Below are positions 38,340-49,210 of a DNA stretch of 64,000 nt, piece by piece. The stretch lies in the IMG/VR virus record IMGVR_UViG_3300034073_003542, positions 1 to 64,000 of that record; one strand, given 5' to 3'. Under the pieces are notes generated by a model. The model worked only from the letters and a program-made list of their open reading frames with translations. It was not told where the DNA came from and made no database searches. The first letter of the stretch is position 1; every line of letters starts with the position of its first letter. The position numbers were made by a program, and so were the translations under genes.

Positions 38340-39979
38340 TGGGAACAACAACAGAACTACAGAATGTTTTTGATTCGCCAGGAGCTTTGAAGTTTTTGGG
38401 CGCTTCTGTACTTTCTTTCAATAGCAATCTAGGAATTGGTTCTGGAAGCGAAAGTACTTTAACAGTTGAGTTAGTAGAAGACTGTGACGAAGGAGACATA
38501 TTTCAACCTAATATTGGAACTGTGGAGGTTGGATACCCAGTATATTTTGACACAACAACTGTTGGTGCAACTTTTATGTTTGGGGGTGTTTTAACAAACT
38601 GGACAAAAAATCGCTCATCAGGTGGAGATACATTCAGTGCAACAGTAACCGATCCAAGACAGTTATTACAAAATGTAAGTGTTGTTGTTGATAGTTATCT
38701 TGGTAGTCCAGTTAACGGAAATAATAACTATGTTAATGCTTATGCGTATTTTGAGGGCGATGTATTAAATGGTAATTGTGCTGTTTTTGGTGACTCATTT
38801 AGTAATGAAAGAGGAATGCCGTATGGTAAAGTTATAGAAGCATTAACAGCTATTAATCCAACAGTTTATGCTCCTACTGGTTATGGATATACAGTTAATT
38901 GGGCTTCTTTACCTGGAGGATTACCAGAATACTATAGGGTTGCTGGTCCACAAACTTTACTACAATTAATTCAAGATGTTTGTGATGCAACAGGTAATAT
39001 GTTTTATTGTTATCTTATGCCTGGAGATATTATCAACATAGGATTAATTGATCTAAAAGTCGCCCCGACATCTTTTTCTGCTATTATTGACGAATTTGAT
39101 GGATACGCTACTGAACTATCTTATGGACAAGAATTACGCAATGATGTTACTAAAGCAGTTATTTTTGGTGAATATCAACATTATTTAACATATATCAATG
39201 ACTTCAAATTTTATTTTGGTGAAGACCTGGATACTAACACCGGAGAATATTATCCAGTTGTTGGAGAAAATGGAACAAATAATCTTTTTTGGATTAATAA
39301 GAAAATCACTGATCTAAACAGTCAACTTATAGTTCCTTTTGCAAATGATGGGCCTTATGAGTTCTGTGAGCTAGAGCTTTTAGCTGCACAAGCTGGTAGA
39401 GAAATGTGGATGATGTATACTTTTTGTAATAATGCTGTTAACGGAGCTAATGAGTTTAGCGATTTAGTTAAAACTAGATATACTGATAATTCAGAAAACA
39501 TTAAGACTTTATTAAATAATCTTGTTGCTGCATATGATGCCACTCCAGATCCAGAGAAAAAAACATCGCTTGCTAAAAATTTTATTACTAGAATAAGGTC
39601 AGCTAGAGAAGCAAATGTATTACAACTAACTCAGGAAGATCAACATGATTTAGATACTATATATAATTTTGTATTAAATCTAGCAAATACATATTACGGA
39701 AAACAGTTTTTATGTCCCTTAAATGAAAAAATTTGTGGTTATTTTGGTGACGATTTTCAAGAAAAAATATTCTCTAGTGTTCCTACGAGTGCTGGTGGTT
39801 GGGTTGAGCAGAATGAGCCGTTGATAGGTTTAAGTGATCCAGATTTAGGTTTATTTAGATCAGACGATAATAGAGTTACGTCTTTTGCTTTATTTACTTT
39901 GGATGGAACAACTGAAGGAGATTCTGGCACTGATGATACTAGCGATGCTAGTCCTGGAGAAATGGGAGAGGGAGAATAA
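38339..39979 (+). CDS. Tail tip/baseplate hub-like protein
   Basis: TAATG coupling gives a start at 38339. Hub-like N-terminus (SFNSNLG...STLTVELVED...FGGVL...VTDPRQLL). Confidence 0.5.
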   Translation: MGTTTELQNVFDSPGALKFLGASVLSFNSNLGIGSGSESTLTVELVEDCDEGDIFQPNIGTVEVGYPVYFDTTTVGATFMFGGVLTNWTKNRSSGGDTFSATVTDPRQLLQNVSVVVDSYLGSPVNGNNNYVNAYAYFEGDVLNGNCAVFGDSFSNERGMPYGKVIEALTAINPTVYAPTGYGYTVNWASLPGGLPEYYRVAGPQTLLQLIQDVCDATGNMFYCYLMPGDIINIGLIDLKVAPTSFSAIIDEFDGYATELSYGQELRNDVTKAVIFGEYQHYLTYINDFKFYFGEDLDTNTGEYYPVVGENGTNNLFWINKKITDLNSQLIVPFANDGPYEFCELELLAAQAGREMWMMYTFCNNAVNGANEFSDLVKTRYTDNSENIKTLLNNLVAAYDATPDPEKKTSLAKNFITRIRSAREANVLQLTQEDQHDLDTIYNFVLNLANTYYGKQFLCPLNEKICGYFGDDFQEKIFSSVPTSAGGWVEQNEPLIGLSDPDLGLFRSDDNRVTSFALFTLDGTTEGDSGTDDTSDASPGEMGEGE

Positions 39980-42636
39980 TGCCAGATATTCAAGTACAAT
40001 GCGGTAAATTTGATCTGAATAGTGTGTCCATGGATGATGTTATCTCAACACAATCTAAAACATGGATTAAAGCAGATGTTGAAGAAAAGATTATATTTTA
40101 TGATGGTGGTGATGGAATTAGACCACATGTAGTTATTAAATTGGGTGGTCCTATTGGTGTTGGTTTTTGTGAAGATACCAAAGAACTAAATAGATCATTA
40201 GCTATGCTTTTTGCTGCTTTTTATGGTAATGATCCCGTTAGCTCTCCTGGGGGCGGAGGAGGAAGATCTCCATCAGTTTTTGTTAATCAATCAATACCAG
40301 CAGGTCTTACAACAGCTTTACGCCAGGCCGGATCAGCGATAGATAAAAATAACATCAACGTTTTGGGATTTAAAACGCCTCCATTAGTGCCCACAGAAGC
40401 TGTAGTTGCTATGAAAAGCAATGTTAGGGTTTATGGGCCTTATGCTTCTTCTAATTTTAATGTACAGGGTGGTGGTGTTAGTATAGAAACTAATCCTGAT
40501 CTTTGTCCTTGGGTATTGGGTTCCTATGCAAATATGCATGCTATGGGTAATACATTAGTTAATAGTAAGGCTGCTGGGTTATTAAAGGCAGAAAATGGTA
40601 GTGCTACAGTTCCTGGCTTACCTATGTTATTTACTCGTTTAGGAGATCAGCTTGGAGGTACTGGACCTAATGTTAGTAATGTAAGTTTTAGTTTTGGTAG
40701 TAATGGTATTTCTACTACTTATCAATTTAGTACATTTACTCCAAAATTTGGGTCATTAGCCAATAGTCAAATGGATAAACTCAAGAGTGTTGCCAAAAAT
40801 CGCCAAGAACAACTTAAGTTTTTAAGAACACAAGCAATACATCAAAATAGAATAGAAAGACAGATACGCCGAAGAAACGAATTAAACGGAGGAAATAATG
40901 GAAATGGAGCTAGGGGAGAGAACCCACACAATAAACCTACTCCACACGGCATAATAATTGGAGAAATGCTTAAATTTTCTGATACTAGTGATCCAGATTT
41001 AACTAAAGTTATTACAGACACAGTAGATGAAACTAAGACTATGATGATAGATGACTACGAAACAAGAGCATTTATGAGCTTTGACGGTCTTTTTGGTCCT
41101 GTGTCTATTAACGGGGACGGCGAGTTACCAAAATTTATCATAGCCTATACAGCAAATCATCAAAGCTCCCCAATTCAAGCACAGCCACCATTTGATTTAG
41201 GATACTGCAATACTACCGCTGCTCCAACTACACACCCACAAAATAATGTAATAGTGAATAATTCAGGACTAAATCCATTACAAGATGGTCACGTTATAGA
41301 TGTTGTGGGGCGCGAAACATCTGTGCCAGGTTCCGGTATTAACACAAGTTGTTATGATCCAGGAGATCCGTCGAGATACAGCGCAGACTATAGATTCCTT
41401 GGATTAAGAGGACCACTTGTTCTTCATGCTTGGGGATATGATGTTGACGGAAAGCCTGTTCCTAACTATATCGATACTGAGGAAGATGCAACAGATGGAG
41501 TTTTTAAAGGACAAGGCAATTATGCCGAATCAGAGGGACTCAAGGATCAATTTTTAGACAACTGGTTACAAAAACCAAAAACATGGCCTGTTGGTCCTGT
41601 TGATTTGAGATGGGATAGAGAGCGAGGAGTATGGGTTGCTCCTCAACCATTTAAAATTGTTACTGCTAGAGTGATATCAGAAGTAGCGGCTTATGGTGCT
41701 GGTGTCGGGGCTATTATTAATGATGGCATAAAACGATACGGAAGAAAACTATACAATAACGATGGCGAACCAGTAGAAGAACAAGATGTTTGTTATACTG
41801 ATACCAACGATGCTCCTGGAACAGTATGGATTTTAGTAAATGTAGGAGGATGTCCTCCAGATAGCAGTAGCAGTAGCAGTAGTAGCAGTAGTGGGGATTC
41901 TGATACTATAAGTGTTGTTACTAGTCTTGACTCATTAACTGTATCTGGTACAACCATAACACTGGGATATACAAAGAGATCAATTACAGTCCTATCTTTA
42001 GGAGCAACAACTACTGATTCTTTAGTTATTGAAGGAGATAGTTGTGCTAGTAGTAGTTCAAGTTCAAGTGGTGGAAGTTCTAGTAGTAGCGATAGTAGCA
42101 GTAGCAGTAGTAGTAGTAGTAGTGCGCCGGTTGGAGCATGTTGTATAGGCGGAGTATGTTATGATCCATATACAGAAGCAGATTGTATTGCGAACGAGGG
42201 AGTTTGGATGGGGGCTGACACAACATGTGACCCAGATCCTTGTGCTAGTAGTTCGAGCAGTAGTTCAAGTTCTAGCTCCAGTGAAGAGCCATCTAGCTCA
42301 AGTAGTGCTTCTCCTTCTGAGACTCCTATTATACGTTTAGTTGATAGAATAGGTAATAGATATCATAAGAATGCTATGGTATATGCTTATTATGATACAT
42401 ATACGCACGAATACGTAGTTTTAGAAGCAACTCATAATAATACGATGGCTTATGGATATCTATATACAAATAGCTCTGCATATATTGAAGGATGTAGTAG
42501 TGATGTTGAAAATATTATAGGCGACACTATTGAGTTTTCTAATCCTCTTGGACTAGATGTACCAACTACAGAACAAATAGAAAATGGATGTTATGCTTAT
42601 GTTATTTTGTCTAAGATGAATATTGCTGTTGTTTAA
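39979..42636 (+). CDS. Tail tip/central fibre-like protein with poly-Ser tracts and GACC Cys module
   Basis: TAATG coupling, last late gene, three poly-Ser runs (about 41863-42305), GACCIGGVC...C...C module at 42133-42243. Confidence 0.5.
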   Translation: MPDIQVQCGKFDLNSVSMDDVISTQSKTWIKADVEEKIIFYDGGDGIRPHVVIKLGGPIGVGFCEDTKELNRSLAMLFAAFYGNDPVSSPGGGGGRSPSVFVNQSIPAGLTTALRQAGSAIDKNNINVLGFKTPPLVPTEAVVAMKSNVRVYGPYASSNFNVQGGGVSIETNPDLCPWVLGSYANMHAMGNTLVNSKAAGLLKAENGSATVPGLPMLFTRLGDQLGGTGPNVSNVSFSFGSNGISTTYQFSTFTPKFGSLANSQMDKLKSVAKNRQEQLKFLRTQAIHQNRIERQIRRRNELNGGNNGNGARGENPHNKPTPHGIIIGEMLKFSDTSDPDLTKVITDTVDETKTMMIDDYETRAFMSFDGLFGPVSINGDGELPKFIIAYTANHQSSPIQAQPPFDLGYCNTTAAPTTHPQNNVIVNNSGLNPLQDGHVIDVVGRETSVPGSGINTSCYDPGDPSRYSADYRFLGLRGPLVLHAWGYDVDGKPVPNYIDTEEDATDGVFKGQGNYAESEGLKDQFLDNWLQKPKTWPVGPVDLRWDRERGVWVAPQPFKIVTARVISEVAAYGAGVGAIINDGIKRYGRKLYNNDGEPVEEQDVCYTDTNDAPGTVWILVNVGGCPPDSSSSSSSSSSGDSDTISVVTSLDSLTVSGTTITLGYTKRSITVLSLGATTTDSLVIEGDSCASSSSSSSGGSSSSSDSSSSSSSSSSAPVGACCIGGVCYDPYTEADCIANEGVWMGADTTCDPDPCASSSSSSSSSSSSEEPSSSSSASPSETPIIRLVDRIGNRYHKNAMVYAYYDTYTHEYVVLEATHNNTMAYGYLYTNSSAYIEGCSSDVENIIGDTIEFSNPLGLDVPTTEQIENGCYAYVILSKMNIAVV

Positions 42637-42638
42637 GA

Positions 42639-43415
42639 TTATTTGCCTTCTTCAATCATAGCTTTTTTGCTTCTCATCGCGTGTACTATATCAGGATTAA
42701 TCGATTTTCTTTTTCCTGTCATATATTCTTCAAATATCCAAGGTTTACCATCTGGTAATTTGTCTTTAAAAGATCCAATCCATTCACTGGCCCAATAATC
42801 TAAATATTGGGTATGAAAACGGCTTGTATAGTTTTTGCTAAATAAATGAGCAAATACAGATACAGCAACCTCTTCTGGTAAATTTAATCCTTTATTTTTT
42901 TGAAAATCTTTGAATAATAATGCTGTATTTTTTGCATGATCTATAAAATCTCTTTTACACATCCAAAAACCACCATTACTATTATATATAGTTTTTTGAT
43001 TAACTCCAAATTCTCTATAAAGGTTAACCATATCACTATTTTTAATTCCCCACCAATCACCCCTCTTAGTTTCTAAAGAATTTATTGGGGATTCTAGAAA
43101 AGAATGCCAAGGATCGTCACCAATAATATCTTTAAATTCGATACTAGGTTTTCTTACAAAATAATGATCACTATCAATAAAAACAAATAAATCATAATTA
43201 TATTTAGCTAATTTTTCTAAATAATAAAACTTCCAATATTGTTTAAAGTCTAGCTCTATAGATTTATCTAAATTATACGATATGCAGTTTTTTAGTTGCT
43301 TATCTGAAAAAATCATTATATCTATATCTATATCATTATTTCTTATAGAGTTAATTAAAGATTGTAGCATATAGGAGTAATCACCCCAGGCCACAGACCA
43401 TATTAAAGTTTTCAT
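42639..43415 (-). CDS. GT-A fold glycosyltransferase
   Basis: FVFIDSD (DxD), YNSNGGFW, PEE, terminal VH. Confidence 0.65.
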   Translation of the reverse strand: MKTLIWSVAWGDYSYMLQSLINSIRNNDIDIDIMIFSDKQLKNCISYNLDKSIELDFKQYWKFYYLEKLAKYNYDLFVFIDSDHYFVRKPSIEFKDIIGDDPWHSFLESPINSLETKRGDWWGIKNSDMVNLYREFGVNQKTIYNSNGGFWMCKRDFIDHAKNTALLFKDFQKNKGLNLPEEVAVSVFAHLFSKNYTSRFHTQYLDYWASEWIGSFKDKLPDGKPWIFEEYMTGKRKSINPDIVHAMRSKKAMIEEGK

Positions 43416-44446
43416 TGAGTCTCCACAAAATTTAGTAGTGAGTTAAATTTATTAATAGCAGTTTCCTTATCGCACCATACTTCTTTCGTGCAATAACTAG
43501 CACATCGCCCCATTTTATTTCTAAATCTATAATCTGATAAATCCGACATTATATCTTGTAGCTCTTCTAGATTATTCCACAAAAATCCAGTTCTTTTATC
43601 CCATATCATATTTGGGAAATTCCATATATTTGGTGCCACAACAGGACATCCTGTTAACTGGGCCTCAATAATAGCTCTACTTTGATTCTCTATAAACTTA
43701 TGATTACAGTTATATAGAAATATGTCTATTGATTGTAGAAATTCTCTGGTGTCTTTTGCATTAGGTTTTAAAAATTCCCATCTATCATCAAATTTATACC
43801 ATGAATATTTATTAGTAAGCTTTTCATCCCAACCCATTATTTTAAATTCTGAGTTTGTTTTGGCGCAAGATGATTCGTAGAATATTGGAAAATTTTCCGA
43901 GAACTTCATAGTGTCGTTTCTACTAACTTTTCCACAAACCATAGTTCTTTCTGGTCTATTCATATGTGGCCAAGAATCAGCGTCAAAATAGTTTTCTAAT
44001 ATAAATGTTTTTTGTTCTGGGTTAATTTGTTGTATTTTAGGATTTAAAATGCTTTTATGGAACTCAGAAGTAAACAAACAGCAATCCACTTTGTTTTCTG
44101 CTATAGAACTTAACTCCTCTCCACTAGTCCACATCATATCATTGGACCATAAAAATTTAAGCCCAGAGTCTTTTATAAAGTTTATTCTATTTTTTTCTTT
44201 AAATAGTCGAAAATTACAGTTTGCATAAGCATAACCCTCCAAGTTTTTAGGTAAATCTTCTAAAGAACAGTACTTTATTCCATGTAAGTCTAAAAATTCA
44301 GTATTACGCTTTTCTTTTAGCCTAAAATCATCGTTTGGAATACAGGTTATACTAAAATTATTTTTCAGTAATATCAGAAGCTCTTTGAGCCTGGTATCTG
44401 CTCCGCCTAAATCAGAAATCCATTGAAAAATGTATATATTATTCAT
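43412..44446 (-). CDS. GT-B (GT4-like) glycosyltransferase
   Basis: GGADTR N-motif; ENQSRAIIEAQLTGCPVVA (E-x7-E); TGFL. Confidence 0.8.
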   Translation of the reverse strand: MNNIYIFQWISDLGGADTRLKELLILLKNNFSITCIPNDDFRLKEKRNTEFLDLHGIKYCSLEDLPKNLEGYAYANCNFRLFKEKNRINFIKDSGLKFLWSNDMMWTSGEELSSIAENKVDCCLFTSEFHKSILNPKIQQINPEQKTFILENYFDADSWPHMNRPERTMVCGKVSRNDTMKFSENFPIFYESSCAKTNSEFKIMGWDEKLTNKYSWYKFDDRWEFLKPNAKDTREFLQSIDIFLYNCNHKFIENQSRAIIEAQLTGCPVVAPNIWNFPNMIWDKRTGFLWNNLEELQDIMSDLSDYRFRNKMGRCASYCTKEVWCDKETAINKFNSLLNFVETQ

Positions 44447-45086
44447 ATAGATTATTTTTAAATAAGATATCTATTTGAGAAAGATCGTCATAATGATTAC
44501 CAGGAACTATATTTGCGTAATGACAGTTCCAAATATCTATCATCTGAAAATCAATACTATCTAAAAAAACTAAAAGATCTTTAATTAATGGAGCATTTAG
44601 ATTATAATTAGTAATGGATGATTCAACCAGTAAATATTTAGCATTTTTAACTATATCAATACCCCCTTTTATAATATCTATTTCAGATCCTTGAGTATCT
44701 AATTTTATAAAATCAAAATTTTTATATCCTAATAAATTTGTTAAAGTATTTGTTTGTATATGATTTATAATAACATTTTCTGGACTATAAAAACTAGTAT
44801 TCTCTAAATACAAACTTGCTCCACTTGGAATTTTTTCTATTTTATTAGTATAATAAATAGTATTTTTTATACTATCTGATAATGTACTAATATAGTAATT
44901 ATTGCTTCTTTTTTTTAGTTCTGGTTCACACACACTATTAGCTTCTATCATTGTTATTTCAGATTTCGGCCAAATTTGTTTAACTATATCAAAAAAATGG
45001 CCGACACAAGCCCCTATATCTAGTATATTTTTAGGATAAAAGTTATGATTTTTTTTTAGATGCTGAATTCTTTGTAGCCAAAGCAT
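44439..45086 (-). CDS. FkbM-family SAM methyltransferase
   Basis: ILDIGACVG, IEAN, IKLDTQGSE, QIDILF. Confidence 0.85.
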   Translation of the reverse strand: MLWLQRIQHLKKNHNFYPKNILDIGACVGHFFDIVKQIWPKSEITMIEANSVCEPELKKRSNNYYISTLSDSIKNTIYYTNKIEKIPSGASLYLENTSFYSPENVIINHIQTNTLTNLLGYKNFDFIKLDTQGSEIDIIKGGIDIVKNAKYLLVESSITNYNLNAPLIKDLLVFLDSIDFQMIDIWNCHYANIVPGNHYDDLSQIDILFKNNLYE

Positions 45087-45088
45087 AG

Positions 45089-46486
45089 TTAACCCCTTAC
45101 TGGTATATTTAGTTTTCTCATAAAGTCTCGTTTTCTTTGATGTTTGTCATTTCCTTGACAGTGTAATATGTATGGTTGACTAGACTTATTATTAAAAAAT
45201 AATCTATTGTCAATAATATCAAAATATTTATCAGGAATATTATGAGTAGAAACAGATAATAGTCCTTTTTCATCAATAACTATATATTGATTTAATTCTG
45301 TAGAAAATAAACATAACTGATAATAGGTTTGATCATTAGGAGAACCCCACCCAATCGTCTTATATTCTTCAAAATTATTATACAAAAATAATACGTGATC
45401 AAATAATCTGTTAACAAAATCTTTTCTAATAGCTATTACTCCAGAGTTTAAATATCTATTTATAGATTTTGAAGTATATAATCCATTTAATTGTTTAATA
45501 GGATAACATTCTGACTCACCAGAAAAAATAATAGGCCTATTAAATGAGTTAAGAATATCTAAAATTTCTACTTCATTAAAGTTTCTTAATATTAAAGAGT
45601 CATTAGAGTCTAAAACTATAACCCAATCATAATTATTTTCATTAATTTTTAAAAATTCATAAACTTTTTCTATTTTAGCATGGATATAGTGCTTCATACA
45701 TTCTCCTCTACCCAAATAATTGATATTCCAATTAGTGTTTATTTCCATTGAAGCCTCTAAATCTCTTATTATTTCATTACTGTTAGAAAATGCTGGCGAT
45801 ACTACTATTATTTTTTTGAATTCTTTTTGACGTATCATATATTCCTCTTTTACTAGTTTAATTGGATGTTTTATGTTGCCGTTTGAGTTACAGTTTTGAA
45901 ATGGCTGAATGCTATTTTTGTCAACTGATTTAATGTTGGCCCCAATTATATTGGCGCATGTAGATAGTCTTAATTCATTCATTTGATTACGCCATAAATT
46001 ATTTTCTTTTTTCATATATTCTAAACTACTTAATAAAACATCACCTTGTATCAAAATACCACAAAACGGAGTAATTCCAAGTAATTTAGTTTTATATTTG
46101 CGATACAGTTCTGTATTTTTTTTAGCGTGATTAAACCATTGCCATGATTGGTTAGATTGCTCTGTATGTATTTGTGTTCCAGAAATATCATCATTCCACA
46201 CTTTTTCAAAATATTTATCAACAGATTCTAAACACAGAGTATCCCAATCAAACCAACAATATCTTTTAGCTTTGATAAAATTATTACTTTCTATCCAATT
46301 ATATATCATAGTATCATTATACATCCACATATTATCATAGTTCCAAAGATTAGATTTTGGCGAAGATTCTGGTGTTAATGGAACTATTTTATAGTGAGGA
46401 TTATGTTTTTCAAACATCTTCAAATGATAATTAGTGACTGTATCATCTTTATGATGCAGAAATAAAATAACACATTCTTCAATCAT
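45089..46486 (-). CDS. Two-domain glycosyltransferase: DWD/NELR domain plus PLOD (procollagen lysyl hydroxylase)-type GT domain
   Basis: N-half WFDWDTL...NELRLST. C-half VLDSND, IIFSGESECYP, YLNSG, NDQ, LHCQG. Confidence 0.65.
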   Translation of the reverse strand: MIEECVILFLHHKDDTVTNYHLKMFEKHNPHYKIVPLTPESSPKSNLWNYDNMWMYNDTMIYNWIESNNFIKAKRYCWFDWDTLCLESVDKYFEKVWNDDISGTQIHTEQSNQSWQWFNHAKKNTELYRKYKTKLLGITPFCGILIQGDVLLSSLEYMKKENNLWRNQMNELRLSTCANIIGANIKSVDKNSIQPFQNCNSNGNIKHPIKLVKEEYMIRQKEFKKIIVVSPAFSNSNEIIRDLEASMEINTNWNINYLGRGECMKHYIHAKIEKVYEFLKINENNYDWVIVLDSNDSLILRNFNEVEILDILNSFNRPIIFSGESECYPIKQLNGLYTSKSINRYLNSGVIAIRKDFVNRLFDHVLFLYNNFEEYKTIGWGSPNDQTYYQLCLFSTELNQYIVIDEKGLLSVSTHNIPDKYFDIIDNRLFFNNKSSQPYILHCQGNDKHQRKRDFMRKLNIPVRG

Positions 46487-47154
46487 AGTATCTTATTTTC
46501 AACTCCATGATATATTCCTGGTTCCGCTAAAGGTATTATATTATCAAATCTAACATAGGGCAAGTTAATCTCTCCCACTCTAGCTCCCTCTAAATGGGCT
46601 ATGGTAGGAAGCCTTAATTCGTTCTGAATAGATCGCTCATAAACCTCATCCCATCGCTCATTTAAAATACTACCCAGTACATGCCGCCTACATAAATAAA
46701 ACCCCATAGAAACCAACCCAACGCCTTCCTGGGCCGCATTAAGCCCCATAAGTTGTGTTTCGGGCCACCACCACCAATTATCTGGTGTCCAAGTAGGATC
46801 AGCCATACGTTTGCGTTGCCATTTTCCCCTAATCTTAATATTCTCCCTATAACAGAATCTTGAAGCTAGATCCAAATGATCGGGTAATTGGGGTAAGGGT
46901 TGGGTGATAAGAGTATCCCATTCGATAATAGCTACAATATCGTTATCAATTTTGCTAAAATTTTCTTTTAGCCATAATCTTAGTTGTTGATCGCTATTTT
47001 TCCAATCATAATATTTACCTCTACCAGAATCTTTACCGACAATGATATGAATTTGGGTGTTGGGATTAGATTTTTGAAGATGGTGCAGATGAGGGAGTTT
47101 GGGGGCATTTTGGATGGGATCGATATAAGTCATTAACAAGACAGTTTGGGACAT
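46483..47154 (-). CDS. Putative glycosyltransferase (EWD/NELR family)
   Basis: IIEWDTL and QNELRLPT motifs shared with neighbours. Confidence 0.5.
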   Translation of the reverse strand: MSQTVLLMTYIDPIQNAPKLPHLHHLQKSNPNTQIHIIVGKDSGRGKYYDWKNSDQQLRLWLKENFSKIDNDIVAIIEWDTLITQPLPQLPDHLDLASRFCYRENIKIRGKWQRKRMADPTWTPDNWWWWPETQLMGLNAAQEGVGLVSMGFYLCRRHVLGSILNERWDEVYERSIQNELRLPTIAHLEGARVGEINLPYVRFDNIIPLAEPGIYHGVENKIL

Positions 47155-47155
47155 T

Positions 47156-47716
47156 TTATTTCATTTCATAGTTAAGTAATTCAAAATCTTTTTGATAAAA
47201 ATTATTAATCAGTTCTATTGTAACATTATCTAAATCCACTATATTTAGAATTTTGGTATTACTAATTTTTTGTTTAATGTTGAGTTTAATGTTCAGTCCG
47301 TATTGACTCATAAGATTATTGAAGTCTATATCAATATTTTCATAGCGTAATATGTGTGTTGTGCTTATATTGCTTATATATTTATATTGTTCATAGTAAT
47401 GGTATTCTTTTTTATGTTGTGAGAGTATATTTTGTCTAATTATTTTATTAAAATCTTTTTTAGAGACAGTTTTATTGTATGGAGGTATACCAAAAAAATA
47501 AAATTCAGATATTATTCTATCATAAGGATTTCTAACAACCGTAAACCAATCATACTTAGATTGCACCAATTGTTCTATTTCTATTAATGGTTGATGCCAA
47601 TGTATCCCATATTCTTTATGAAATCTGCCCCAGGCTAAATTCATTTGTTTTTTTGCACAGGTTTCTATAGAAGTGCCGCTTGTTCTGGTTATGTGGGCGA
47701 ATTTCAGTTCTTTCAT
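47156..47716 (-). CDS. Sulfotransferase (Sulfotransfer_2-like)
   Basis: FAHITRTSGTSIE (5'-PAPS loop), VVRNPYDRIISEF (3'-PB motif), LRYENI. Confidence 0.8.
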   Translation of the reverse strand: MKELKFAHITRTSGTSIETCAKKQMNLAWGRFHKEYGIHWHQPLIEIEQLVQSKYDWFTVVRNPYDRIISEFYFFGIPPYNKTVSKKDFNKIIRQNILSQHKKEYHYYEQYKYISNISTTHILRYENIDIDFNNLMSQYGLNIKLNIKQKISNTKILNIVDLDNVTIELINNFYQKDFELLNYEMK

Positions 47717-48360
47717 TTTTTGAAATATTTTTGGATTGCTTGTTGTCTAGATATTTTATGGTCTTTTTCTCTCATTAATGCGTATGGTTGCGGCAATTCC
47801 ATAAAAGCCCCATAATATGATGCAGGAATAATCTTGCTTGTTAGTTTACTAGATAGGATAATATCATCTTCTATTCTATAGTTGTTAGCTTTTTGTTCAT
47901 TAATCCAGTCAACACGGCCCACATTTTCTTTTGTTGTTATAATAAACCTACCTTTAATAATATCAACTTCTTGATCTTTCATTGGGTGCGGAGCGATATG
48001 TTTAGATCTCCAATAGTCTAAATTACTATTTAGCTGAACGCCCGTATATCCAAGAGCTTCATACTTACAATTCTCTATAAAATTAATAGATCTCTCTAAT
48101 AAATCTGGCCTAGTAATCATAAGGTCGTCATCTAGACTAAAAACATATTTGGTATCCGCAAAAGCCCCCATTAACCATCTAGGCGAACACATTAAATTCC
48201 GCCCACTATTTATCTGCATATCTGCATCAAATTTAGTAATGTCTTGTATATTATTGTTCCATACAAAAATTGTGACTGGTATACTTTGTTGGCGTAAACC
48301 AGTAATGATTCTGATTAGATTATACGGGCGTTTCCAGTTAAGTAGAAGGGCTGTTATCAC
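47713..48360 (-). CDS. GT-A glycosyltransferase (GT2/GT64-like)
   Basis: LLNWKRP, VWNN, FSLDDD, EDDIILS. Confidence 0.7.
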   Translation of the reverse strand: MITALLLNWKRPYNLIRIITGLRQQSIPVTIFVWNNNIQDITKFDADMQINSGRNLMCSPRWLMGAFADTKYVFSLDDDLMITRPDLLERSINFIENCKYEALGYTGVQLNSNLDYWRSKHIAPHPMKDQEVDIIKGRFIITTKENVGRVDWINEQKANNYRIEDDIILSSKLTSKIIPASYYGAFMELPQPYALMREKDHKISRQQAIQKYFKK

Positions 48361-49210
48361 TGTCTTTATCTCGATTTTTCTTAGCTGATTTAATCGCTCT
48401 ATTTAATATTATTTTAGCTATAGTTTTAGAGAAGATTAATTTACGTTTTGTGGCTTCTTCTTCTAGCCATCCTATGATAGTGTCTTTGTTTGACTCACAC
48501 CACTCTATTCCATTTTTATCCATTATTTTTGCTTTTTTTTTGCATGAGCAATTTGGCGTGGATTTAATTCCAAAAGCTTCTAGTGTTTTAGAAAGTTCTG
48601 TTCCCACTCCACCAACTAATTTACTTAGATCTTGTTTTTGTGAAGATATTTTTTGTGAATTATTTATAAGAGTAGGTAATTTTATCTCACCAATTTTTGC
48701 TCCACATAATAAAGCAACTGTAGCAAATCTCAGTTCGTTTTGTATTGTTTTTTTATAAACGTTATCATATTTAGGATCACATATAGCATCTAACACCCAC
48801 CTTCTTACTATATAAAATCCAAAACTACTTATACCAATAGGTTCTTTATCTCCTAATATTGAAGATAATTGATTTGCTTCTCTCCACCATACCCACTTTG
48901 GATTAGCTTCTATAGTTTGAACAACTTTTCCTGCTAAATCTAGATTGCCTGGCAGTTTAGGTAAGTCACCATTGACAATTTTTTTGTATTCTGTAATATA
49001 GATAATTTCATCTTTAATATGTTGTTTATTTTCTAGCCACCAATCTCTTAGTTCTCTATCGCTATTTTTCCAATTTCCTGATAAACTTCTTTTTTCGCAT
49101 TCAACGACAACAATTTCTTGAGTTTTGTAATATTTGTCTCGCATACCATAATGGAGAGATATAATTTCTGTATCTATTAAATTTTTAGGAACTTGTATTA
49201 ATAGGCTCAT
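48338..49210 (-). CDS. Degenerate EWD/NELR GT-like domain fused to a GVGTEL..CSC..WC domain
   Basis: WKNSDRELRDW and QNELRFAT shared with 46483..47154; the acidic motif reads EYK. ATG 49210 preferred. Confidence 0.5.
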   Translation of the reverse strand: MSLLIQVPKNLIDTEIISLHYGMRDKYYKTQEIVVVECEKRSLSGNWKNSDRELRDWWLENKQHIKDEIIYITEYKKIVNGDLPKLPGNLDLAGKVVQTIEANPKWVWWREANQLSSILGDKEPIGISSFGFYIVRRWVLDAICDPKYDNVYKKTIQNELRFATVALLCGAKIGEIKLPTLINNSQKISSQKQDLSKLVGGVGTELSKTLEAFGIKSTPNCSCKKKAKIMDKNGIEWCESNKDTIIGWLEEEATKRKLIFSKTIAKIILNRAIKSAKKNRDKDSDNSPST

